Part shown: piece after piece, positions 13,451 to 24,290 of the stretch
Layout of the letters: every line of letters starts with the position of its first letter
Numbering within the stretch: position 1 is the first letter of the stretch
Assembly: GCA_965113315.1 (NCBI GenBank)
Contig: OZ220372.1
DNA length: 64,000 bases
Reading direction: 5' to 3' (one strand)
Source of the DNA: Podarcis vaucheri
Taxonomy: Eukaryota
Notes under the pieces: model-generated
The model's input: the letters and a program-made list of their open reading frames with translations, nothing else
What the model was told of the DNA's origin: nothing
Database searches by the model: none
Position numbers and translations under genes: made by a program

Positions 13451-14542
13451 TTTCAGACCATCTGAGGGTCACAAATCAAGAACTGAGATATGCCCCCTGC
13501 AATGACTGATAAATAACATCCCATACACACTAAGTAAATCTAATTCTAAATTGTCTTTCAGAATGTAAGGATGTACTTGTACTATTCAGGCCTCTCTTTG
13601 CAAGTCTTTTGCCTCAAAGTCTGTTCAGTTGTATATTTGTGATCTTTTTCCCCATTGTATATCAAACAATAATAATACCCATCAGTTTGGGGACTCTGCC
13701 CACCAAAATGTCGTGTATCCTCCTCCTTCCTGCTTTCTCCTTTCGAAAGCTTTGCTTTTTTATTATCATCCCTCCCTAGGTCCTTTTGTTTACCCCTATC
13801 TAAGATCAACCTGTGGTAAAAAGTTCAAAGAAAGAAAGTGCTCCCCCATACCCTTCTCATGCAGATGTGAAAAAAGCTGCTCTTGGTTAGCTTCCCTCCT
13901 CCGCACAACTATCAAAGTGACAGAAACGGAGGGCAGGGCTCCAATAGGAAAGGCTTAGCCAATGGCACCCAGAAGTCCTTCTGCCAACTACATCCCTCTG
14001 GGATATTAAAGCAGTGGCTTCACTGCCATCAGTGCTGCCACCACAAAATTACTTAATGTGTGTGTAACATAGAGCAGCAGCAGTGAGCCAGCACAGAAAT
14101 CACACAGGATCCCTCATTATCTTGGCTAAAGGAGAGCTGTAGGGCCAAACTTTCCCTTCCCAAACCTCTGCCCTTTCAGCAGTAAATAGATTATTCCCTC
14201 CCGCCTTAAGGGAAGCACTGGCAATAAGTTTTAACTGCAGTTAGCATTAACTGGGGTTCACATGTGAAACCAACATTAGATTATGACTTCAAATCTCATA
14301 GTAACCTCCATCGAAAAGTGGAGCCAGCTTTATACCTTGACTATACTTAATGCAGGGAAAGGGGGATCTACAGTACTCCACAATTCTACAGCAGGCTCAC
14401 AAAGGCTGCAGTTCTAATCCCACACACATAGGAGTTTACTTCAAAGTAGATTGGTTAAGACTGCAGGCACTGTTGCTTAACTATTCTTCATGCAGCATCC
14501 CAGTGGCAATAAAAGGTGCTAACAGGAACTGAAAGACTATGC

Positions 14543-14678
14543 CAGGCTTCCTCAACCTCGGCCCTCCAGATGTTTTGAGACTGCAGTTCCCATCATCCCT
14601 GACCACTGGAAATGCTAGCTAGGGATCATGGGAGTTGTAGGCCAAAAACATCCGGAGGGGCGAGGTTGAGGAAGCCTG
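14543..14678. mobile_element. hAT MITE with a perfect 8-bp TSD
   Basis: TIR CAGGCTTCCTCAACCTCG / CGAGGTTGAGGAAGCCTG; GACTATGC at 14535-14542 and 14679-14686. Confidence 0.92.
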
Positions 14679-15260
14679 GACTATGCTATGGTGTATGGTG
14701 CTTTTGCGGGGGTGGAGTTTCTGTATTAATATCCTACCTCATATGTCCAGGGCCGAATCCTAGCACTGAGAACAATGTATGAAGTTTACCCAAATAACTT
14801 TCATGATAAAATTTGTCATGTAAGTCCCAACCTTCTGCCCTGCTTCCCCCTCCCCACCCCTCTGCTTCTAAAGTGCCACACCTCTTAGTTACAAGAAATA
14901 CCAGAAGGGGGAAAGTATGACAAATGAAAGCAATACACCAGTTCTGCAGTATTTTTCAACCAATCTAGCATTGGAACCTACATTAAGGGAAATACTTCTA
15001 ATAGCTTCTCAGGACAGAACTTATCTTTACTCAGAACCATTTCAGCCTAACTGATTTTTATCTGCACAGTATTAGCTGAGCTATTTAACCCCTAATAGTT
15101 GACACGGCATATTACAAGCAGTGGCATTTTAAAAACATGTAAGTTGAGTGGGGCACTTGCAAGAGACAGGGTTGGCCAAGTGGTTGTTAACTCAGGTCTT
15201 ACCGGGGTTAATAGCAACTCTAATTTATATTAATAGGTATCAACTACTCAGTATTAAATT

Positions 15261-15610
15261 AGGAACTCGGGTGGTGCTGTGGGTTAAACCATAGAGCCTA
15301 GGGCTTGCAGATCAGAAGGCTGGCTGTTTGAATCCCCGCGACGGGGTGAGCTCCCGTTGCTCGATCCCTGCTCCTGCCAACCTAGCAGTTTGAAAGCATG
15401 AAATGCAAGTAGATAAATAGGTACCAATCTGGTGGGAAGGTAAACAGCGCTTCCATGTGCTGCTCTGGTTCGCCAGAAGGAGCTTAGTCATGCTGGCCAC
15501 ATGACCTGGAAGCTGTACGCCGGCTCCCTCGGCCAATAAAGCAAGATGAGCGCCACAACCCCAGAGTCGTCTGCAACTGGACCTAATGGTCGGGGTCCCT
15601 TTACCTTTTT
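15261..15610 (+). mobile_element. Full-length Sauria SINE
   Basis: tRNA-like head, GTAGATAAATAGGTACC core, GCTGGCCACATGACC motif and CCTTTACCTTT tail; TSD ACTCAGT(A/G)TTAAA at 15246-15258 and 15611-15623. Confidence 0.92.
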
Positions 15611-16295
15611 ACTCAGTGTTAAACAATGCTTATTAGCTAACTTTCAAAAATCAATAGCTTTGAAAAATGAATTAAGTCAAACGGAATAAAATTCACTGCA
15701 AAAATACACTAATCTTTGCAAGGTTTTTGCAATATTTTTAGCATGTAGCCCACTGGAGAGAGGGCAAATGGGGGTTTAAAATGCAGACTTTCCATATGGC
15801 ACTGCAAGCACACTAACACCTGGGACATGAAGCCCTGATGCCAAGGCAGTCACAGAGGGGTCCAAACAGCAAATGGATACTGGATTCCTTATAGTTACTG
15901 TTTAAACCAACAATTAGCTTTCAAACTCTGTGAATTCCATTTTAAACTAATGCTGCAATCCTTTCCACACTCACACACTGAGCTTGGAGGGATTTCTTTC
16001 TGAGTAAGCATGTGCAGGGTGGGACTGCAAATTTTAACAATAGAAAGGGAAGGATTACCAGCACACACTGGTTTCCTGTTTTATCAGTGATCTCACCTTT
16101 AGCAGTGGGGAGAGCACAATGTGTCTGTGCAAATAAATGGGGTACAAGGCACCTGCATTTAACTGAGTTGTGGGATTAGTGGGAAATGGAGGTGGCAATT
16201 TAACTAGATTCATCTTTGCTGCAGCCCAAGATTTTTTGTGGAATTTTTTTTGCTGAACTTCCCTGTTTTCAACAGGCATATGCAATAACCTTTAC

Positions 16296-16384
16296 ACTGC
16301 AAGCCTGGTCATAGCTACTCAGAAGTAAGTTCTATTGAATTCAGTGGGGCTTACTCCTAGGTAAAGGGTTTAGGGTTGCAGCCT
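16296..16384. mobile_element. Short palindromic reptile MITE (GTAAGT...TTGAATTCAGTGGG.CTTAC family); related copies near 1745, 14404, 15951, 19275, 25430 and 54880
   Basis: Recurrent internal palindrome and CTGCAA..CCTA / TAGG..TTGCAG ends. Confidence 0.55.
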
Positions 16385-17498
16385 GACATACAACCAGCCG
16401 CCTAATCTCAAATGAATACTCAACAGCAATGACAGGCTGCCTAATAGAGACAGAATCCAAGGATTAGGCCCTGCAAATATCCAGATGCCAGCTAATAACC
16501 TAACAATATGCAACCAAGAGTTCATTGACCTGCTCACCCACCAACATGATCTATCCCATCACAGCCCAACCAAACTTTCTGCTGTCTAAAAAGGGCAAAC
16601 AGTCCCAGTGCAAATGTGTCCCAATGGTTACAAATTTGCCATAAAAAATACAACATTCAGAAACATGCTAACAAAAGTTTAGGCCTTTCAAAGAAAGGTT
16701 ACAGTGTTAAACCGAAGAAATAGAATGTATCGGTAAGTTTGACTGTTGCTTTCAGCTAATCAAGGCCAAAATTCTCTCTCCCAGTACAGACCTTAAATTA
16801 GCACAGCAAACCCAGGAATATTGTTATTGTCAATGACAGCTCTAGTGAATGAAGTCAATCCTTTCCTTATATACATTTGAACTTTGCAGAGAAAAATCAC
16901 AGACTTTATCTCTTGAATTTCATGGCCTTCTACAAATTTTCTCTCAGCCCATGGAAATGCATGTTTGTAAATATATATATAGTTGTATATATTAAAGCTG
17001 TATATACTACCATGACCACAATATTTGGAAGAAGTCTGATCTGTTATATGGCATTCCAATTTTATTATTTGGGTCCAAAACTCAGAAGAGAATGACAACT
17101 CAAGAACAAGTCTGCTTATTTACTTCAACATCCCACCTCCAAATCACTGTGATTTGAGTTGCATTGGAAAATAATTCACTGAGATTAAAAGCTAGAACTG
17201 TTCCCCAAAACAAAATATCTCTCAACTGCCTCCCCTCTGGAGCTCTGGGTGTTTCCCAAGACACTTTGGTTTTGTTTCTCAGAAAAGAGACAGGGGAAAG
17301 TTTACATGTTTAACTTTTTGGAAAAACAGATGCCTCGTGGTGATTCCAAAGCTTAGGGGATAGCTCATCTCCACTGAGACACCTTATTCACAGTAAGTTC
17401 ATGGCCCAAATCATCCTGATTTGCCTTGTTTTTCACTCTGTGTGTGTCAAACACACACATACACCCAGAATAACACTTAAATGTTTCTGCCAATACCT

Positions 17499-17690
17499 TA
17501 AAGGTAAAGGTAAAGGTACCCCTGCCCGAACGGGCCAGTCTTGACAGACTCTGGGGTTTGTGCGCCCATCTCACTCAAGAGGCCGGGGGCCAGCGCTGTC
17601 CGGAGACACTTCCGGGTCACGTGGCCAGCGTGACAAAGCTGCATCTGGCGAGCCAGCGCAGCACACGGAACGCCGTTTACCTTACGCCAT
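17499..17690 (-). mobile_element. 5'-truncated Sauria SINE from a different subfamily than 15261
   Basis: (AAAGGT)3 tail, CTTCCGGGTCACGTGGCCAGC and CCGTTTACCTT motifs. Confidence 0.85.
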
Positions 17691-17706
17691 GGTAAAGTTC
17701 TTAGTC

Positions 17707-18001
17707 CAGACATAGGGAACCTGTGGCCTTTCAGATGTTGCTGTGCTACAACCAATATCATCCCTGACTACTGGCCATGCTGTTTGGGGTTAACAGTCAG
17801 ATTCCATCTATGCTAAAGAAGCTGTTAGACTTTTTTTGGTACTTGTTCATGACTGCATGCAAACTATACATTTGAAGCACATGACTTTCCCCAAAGAAGC
17901 TTGGGAACTCTAGTTTGTTAAGGGTGGTAGGAATTGTACCTTGGGGGGACAGTTCCCAGGATTATTTGGGGCAAGCCATCAGCTTTAAATATATGGTGTG
18001 T
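17707..18001. mobile_element. Cluster of degraded MITE fragments
   Basis: Half of a hAT MITE at 17707-17790 and a palindromic element at 17860-18001. Confidence 0.5.
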
Positions 18002-19019
18002 GGACAGTCAATATCTTATGTAATTGTTCCACTGTCTGCCTGTATCTTGATAAAATGTGTGTGTTGTTCAGTATCATAGTGCAGAACTGCACTGGTGACA
18101 TTGTATTTCACTAATAAAGATCAAGTAGGTGACAGTTATTCAAGCATTTATTAGATAATTGTTTATCAACCTCAGCCCCCATCTGAAAAGTGCAAGTAGG
18201 GTTCTTGTAAGTCCCCACCCCATTCTGCGATATCAACAGTGGACTACATTACAAGGCTGTCATAGTATCTCTATTATTAAAAGTGGATCATATTAAAATA
18301 GATTACATTACAAGGTTCACATAAACCCATCAGTCTTGTATTTACCCCATCCCCACCACCCCCATCATGCAGTATGGGGATGTTAAACTACCCCATAATT
18401 CAAGGTTGCCATAAGCTCATAGCTCGGCATCAGCCCCTCACTCCTCATAACGTGGTATCTCTTTCTCATTCGCTGCCTCTCTGTTATATGAGAACATTAA
18501 TATTAGTTTCCTTCTTCCCTCCTAGTATAGCATTTACAGAGCAATTTTGATTGGGGCAGGGGTGGAATCTTCATCACATTTTCCCCACACAGGACCTGAG
18601 TTTGGAAAAATCATTAACTTCTGTTTTTGCTTATTCTATATATAGGCAGTAAGGGGGGGGCACTCTGCTGCCAAATCACTGCAACACGATCCTAAGAAAA
18701 ACCTACCACATTTACCCTTCTAACAAAAGAAATCTATGCCATCAAAAATAACTAGGAATTTCAGTTTTCATAGAAAGAAACTGTCAGTCAAGAACTTCCT
18801 TGTGTTTATGCTTTTCATTCCTAGTAAGCATTAAGCGGTACTCCTCTTAATGCTTACTACAGAAATAAATATTAACATGTTTACTTTATACAAACTGTAG
18901 GTAGAAAAGATCAGAAATTGAGCTGCTATATAGAACCAGGGTGTTTCTCACTGTGCACCCTAATCCCATAAATTTTATTGCCATTGTACTTAGGAAAACA
19001 GCTGAACAGTCTTACATAT

Positions 19020-19247
19020 ATAGATAGGTAGCCGTGTTGGTCTGCCATAGTCAAAATAAAAAAATTTCTTCCAGTAGCACCTTAAAGACCAACTAAGTTA
19101 GTTCTTGGTATGAGCTTTCGTGTGCATGCACACTTCTTCAGATAATATCAGATAGTATCTGAAGAAGTGTGCATGCACACGAAAGCTCATACCAAGAACT
19201 AACTTAGTTGGTCTTTAAGGTGCTACTGGAAGAAAATTTTTTTATTT
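19020..19247. mobile_element. Short Penelope-like element (PLE) insertion with an inverted terminal segment and a 12-bp TSD
   Basis: AGTCTTACATAT at 19008-19019 and 19248-19259; GGTAGCCGTGTTGGTCTG and TAAGGTGCTAC PLE terminal motifs; perfect 80-bp inverted repeat 19065-19144 / 19156-19235. Confidence 0.85.
19155..19192 (+). ncRNA. Minimal type I hammerhead ribozyme motif (PLE-associated), with a mirror copy on the minus strand at ~19108-19144
   Basis: GTAT-CTGAAGA-A-GTGTG(CATG)CACAC-GAAA-GC-TC^ATAC: core CUGANGA...GAAA...UH, stem I GUAU/AUAC, stem II GUGUG/CACAC, minimal stem III. Confidence 0.75.
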
Positions 19248-20229
19248 AGTCTTACATATGTTTGCATTGTTGTGTGCACATGTTTACTTGAAAGTAAGTC
19301 TCACTTGTGAGTTCATTAGGATCTACTCCCAATGTAAACATGCACAGGTTTGCATCCTTAGTTGCATAGGTTGGAGTCAGATTTCTCTTTCAAATCACAG
19401 CCTCCTCTCCTTTATTTGAGAGAAAAGTAGTTAAAATGGCCATTTGTGCACTGTAGCAAGTCTTCCTCAGACTGAGCCAGTTGAGTTGGCACTTTCCCTG
19501 AAATAGTTACTTGTGGAAATGGAGATAAGATTTACCTTTCTTCCATAGTCCATGAACATTTCCTAATGAAGTCTGCGTTGCAGACAAATGATCAGAGCAA
19601 ACTGTTTCCTGTTTGTTTTTAATACAATGCTGGAGAGCTGCTTACAAGAGGTCCATTGTTACAAAAACAGAAAATATAGAATAATCAGAAGGAATATTTG
19701 AGCAAATATTAATTATGAAACACAGGGTTTCCATACAAGAAACTGCCCGTATCTGTAGCAACTTTCTGCATAGGATATCTAGGAAATAGATTGTAACAAG
19801 CTAATGGATGGTACCAAACTGTTTTTAAGTAGAGGGAAACATTAAAAATATTTAACAGCTTTTACTGACACTCCTAACAGCCATTGTGTGTGTATGTATA
19901 TATATCTCTCTCAACACACAGAGGAAATCAAAATAATCCTCTATGGCACATTGGAGTTGGAGATTGTGACTTGCCCCAAACCACCTAATGTAAACAATAT
20001 TGTATCTGTTGTACCTGAAGACTAAGAATTATGGCAGGGTGTTTGTTTGTTTTTAAAGGTTTTACATAAGCATGTGCAACCACAAGAAAATATTAATGCA
20101 GAAGCCAGGATAATGTATTTCCCAGTGCAGGTGATGCCCTTCAAAGATAATCATTTAGGCCGCAATAACATTTGCCACCCTCATAAAACCTAATGTGGGT
20201 TGTTGTTGTTTTCATTTCCCAACAATTAT

Positions 20230-20292
20230 TGCAGGAGGTTGGACTAGGTGACCCTGGTGGTCCCTCCCAACTCTATAATTCTATAATTCTGT
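20230..20292 (+). mobile_element. CR1-type 3' tail
   Basis: GGTTGGACTAGGTGACCCTGGTGGTCCCTCCCAACTCTATAATTCTATAATTCT. Confidence 0.7.
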
Positions 20293-20879
20293 TTCATTTA
20301 TTATTGGTCACAATGGAGCTTCATACACACATTTTTTTTATACAGCTATTCCACAAGTTACATGAAATCACTTATTAAAATTTAATACGTTTTGGGAGAA
20401 AGTAGTTTATTATATAAATATGACTGTGTGGGGTAAAAATACATTTTTCAGAGGAAAATATTTTGAACTACATGCCTACTATATAGAATTTGACAACTGG
20501 AAAATGCAAATGGATTCTTCGTGCCCTTACTATGGCCAAAAGACTACTGGTGCACTGAATGGGTAAGTGTACAACTCCATTTAATCAATGAATTGAAGAT
20601 ATGACTACACTTGCAACTTATGAAGGGATTGCTTATAGACGTAGACTTTGCATGGACAAGTATAGTGACATCTGGAATGCATTTATACAAAATATAGTGG
20701 GATATATATATGGATAATAATAATATGTATACTTTAGATAATAATATATGGAATTGTAATTGTTAGATTTTATAATGTTGTAGTATACCTGTTCTTTATT
20801 TTTATTTAGTTCAATTAAAAAAAAACAAGTTATAGGAAATCACAACCAGGCCTGGATTCTTGAAATGGTAGCTCTAAGC

Positions 20880-21016
20880 CAGGGGCAAGGGCGTCTGGTC
20901 CTTCCGATGCTGCTGGACTACAGCTCACATCATCCCTGAACACTGGTGATGCCAGCTGGGCCTGATGGGAGTTGGAATCCAACAACATCCGGATACTCAC
21001 AGGCTCCCTATCCCTG
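20880..21016. mobile_element. hAT MITE, same family as 14543
   Basis: CAGGGG...CCCTG termini and GGACTACAGCTC..CATCCCTG / GATGGGAGTTG core. Confidence 0.7.
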
Positions 21017-22599
21017 AATGAAGCAAAAATAAAAGAAATGAATTGTGAGTCAGAGAACATAAAATTAGTTCCACTGACATTGCTATTGGCTTTTTCCTTT
21101 TAGGTCAGGAATCCCCTGTCTTTTTTTTAATTTTATTTCACCTGTTACAGCATCCATTGTTAACCTGATAGCTTGTTAAGGTCAGGAGAAGCAGCTGTTA
21201 CTGCATCAATAGAAAACAATAAAAAGAGATGATGATGATGATGATGATTTATCTATACCCCACCCATCTGGCTGGGATGACTTCCTGATACCTGGAAATC
21301 TTTCTCCAGATTTTGAAATGTGATGCTATCAGAGTTTAGGATAACACCCTGCATATAGTGTATGGGGTAGAGAAATGGTTTGGAGACAGGTTAAAATTAG
21401 TTTAAACAGGAGAAAAAAGAGTTTTTAAGAGCTGTGAGTTAACTTGGGTGAAAGAGCTCTCTCTGGAAATGTGATGTACAGATATTGGGAGCTGACTGCT
21501 GCTTTTAGGAGTTGGCCTGGTTCCAATAGCTTCTGCTTGTAAGTAAAAACAAACAAAGAATTTTCATCCAAGGGAAACAAAACTCTATCGTATTTCCTGA
21601 GATGATGTGACTAGCATGTGCATCATTCCTAAACATGCATGGTTACAACTGACCATTTCGTATGTTTTCTGGAAATCTGTTGTGTTTTCCTTTATTAACT
21701 ACATGGGCTAGCATAATTTAAAATCTATCCTTAAACTTGACTTTGATACCAATCTGTCCTGCACTTCCCAAAAGACAAGCAGAAACATAAAACATTCACG
21801 CCATTAATTGTACTACAAATTGAATACGTACAAATTTTATAAGGCTTTGCTTTAAAAGCACAAGCTGTTATAGGGCAGTGATGGACTCAACATGATCCAC
21901 TGCTTCTAATTGTCTTGACTGGACCAAAAATGCCAGAAGATTTTTCCTCTAACAATTAAAACAAAAGGATGTGTATGCATTCCCCATATCCTGAGTTGCT
22001 TGTTAGTGCTGCAGGAGTGAAGGGGGTGTCACTGGATATTTTCCCAAACTTATTGCTTCCCTAGTAACAAGTCATGTGCTCTCCATCCCTCCTCCACCAA
22101 GGGTCAAAAAACAAGAGTTTGTGCCAACTCCTGTCTAAGAAGGATTGTACTTCAGGGCCGCCCACAATACAACTTCTAACAAGTACTGCCATGCATGCGC
22201 ATGGCAGGTTGAGTATGCAGGTTGAGCATGCACATTGTGCAGGTTGCGTATGTGCAACCAACCCAGGGCAGCTTGCATCAGATATGCAATGGCTTCCACA
22301 AATCAGTGCTGCTGCAGAGAGTCGTGAGGACTCCTGCTATAAAGTAAAAGGAAAGGGAAATGAAGAAAAGCTTGCAAGAAAGTAAAATCTCACAGTTCAG
22401 CATGGACCGAAGAGTGCTGTTATTTCCTCATCAATGAAGTCCTGATCATGAAGACAGCCAACCCTCTGCCTGGTCTCTTGAGTCCACGATCATCCCAGGG
22501 AGCAAGCAAGCAGCTCCGACAGCAGACTCCCCTGAACTTCACTGTTCCAGTGACTGAAGAAGCCTCTGCTCATATTCACAGCCTGCTAGCAGGTGGAGC

Positions 22600-24290
22600 C
22601 GTTTGCCTGGGCTGCGGCCAGCTCACTCGGTCTCACTGAGCAGAGGCGGATTAGCCGGCAGCCGCTTTCCTCTTTATAGAGGCGATAAAGAAATGAAGCA
22701 ATCCGGACAAAGGCACGAGAGGGGAACTGGTCCGCTCAGGTTGCTGACAGCGTTTTTCCCCGGCTGCTAGATGGGCAGGAGTCTGATGCGAGGGCGGAGG
22801 TGAAATGCCCAGGACAGGCAGCTCTGGATATGGGAAAGGAGTGGGGTGGGGTGGGAAGGCAGAAGCCGGGGGTGCAGATTTGGACAGCTGAGGCAGGCCG
22901 CATACGTGCCTTATTATTTCAGATTAATGAATCCAGTCTAAGGGATCACTGCCCTCGTCCCCTACTCACAAGTCACAGGGATTCGAATTACTGCCATCCC
23001 CGTGTATAACATGAAATCAAATTCTGTTAATATTTTCTGCTACTATTTAGCCATCTCTCAAACGGGGGAGATTGTGTTTTAACTAATCAGCGTTAGTCCT
23101 TAAGGCGCTATAGGGTGTTTTGTTGCTTTTAATCAGCATTAAATGTGTATAAGAGGGAGAGGGGCGTGGGAGTGGTAAGTGTGCACAGAAGGGTGTGTGT
23201 GCGAGAGAGAGAAGAGTACTGAGGAAGCGCTTTGGGAAGGCGACGCGGGTGCGCTGCTACCGCCTTGCGATCCCCGGGAGGTATGGCAGTCGGTGGCGCA
23301 GCACGCGCTGCAGGGAGCGGACTCTGGGCAGGCCCTGAAGGAGCCGGGAAAGGACAGGCGTGGAAGGAAACGAGTCCTGATTAATCACCCTCCCCTTCTT
23401 CTGAATAAATGTGAAGGTATGATTAAGATACTGTTGGCAGGTAAGGCACGGCTAGAATCCATACAGGAAAAAGAAACGTGGAGTTGGCGGACCTTACGAA
23501 GTGGAAACGCGCGCGCGGAAGACAATGGCGTGAGGGGACGAAACCCAAGAGCGGGGTGGCGAAGAAGCCCCTCGGGGAGACGCTGGTCGTCGCCACAGGA
23601 AGGCCTGGCACTGCGCACGTGCCCAGCCGCAACAGCGCTGCCCTACTGCGGCTGACACGCGCCTGCGCGCGCGCTCTCCCGCTCGGCACGTGCCTCCAGC
23701 GGCAACAGGCGGGGCGAGCAGAGGGGCGCAGAGCGCGCGCAGGCTCGGCCCGGGGCTCGTGGCGGGTCGCGCACGCCTGCTCTCTGGCCGGGCCTGGACG
23801 AAAGGGGTTGGGCGAGGCCAGGTTTGCCAGGACAGACATTTATCGCCTTGGGGTAGACGGGGAGAGAGGAACGGGAGCCACGGCAAAGAGGCCTCGCTTG
23901 GTCCGCCTCGTCTGGGAAAGGAAAAGCCAGCCTCCTGGGCGAGAGGGGAGCCGTGCGTGGGCGCCAGCCCGCAAAAGGCGCCCGCTGTGTGGCTTGGGGG
24001 GTCTCTTCGGGGTATTTATACGCGTGCGCTGCCTCCAAGGAGTATCCAGCTGCAATCCTATATGCACAATTGCCCGGGAGGAAGTTCTCCTGAACTCGGT
24101 GGCCCAGACTTCGGAGCAGGCGCGTTGAGGAAAGCACGCACTGCAGTGGCCAAGGCTGTCTCGCCAGCTTCCTCGCTAGGATGCGAAGAAGTTTCACACG
24201 GAGCCCATCAGCTACAGAACCACCATGTCCCAAGGAGGGACAGGGATGTAAGACGGGGCATGGAATGCAGGTCATCGTACCCGACAAGTT
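22600..24290. promoter_or_regulatory. Intronic CpG island (candidate enhancer or alternative/antisense promoter)
   Basis: Sharp rise in GC and CpG content, no recognisable transposon, and a cluster of TAATC motifs. Confidence 0.8.

Noticed and set aside
19065-19235. Pre-miRNA hairpin
   Set aside because: A perfect 80-bp stem with a TSD and PLE motifs indicates a retroelement inversion rather than a canonical miRNA.
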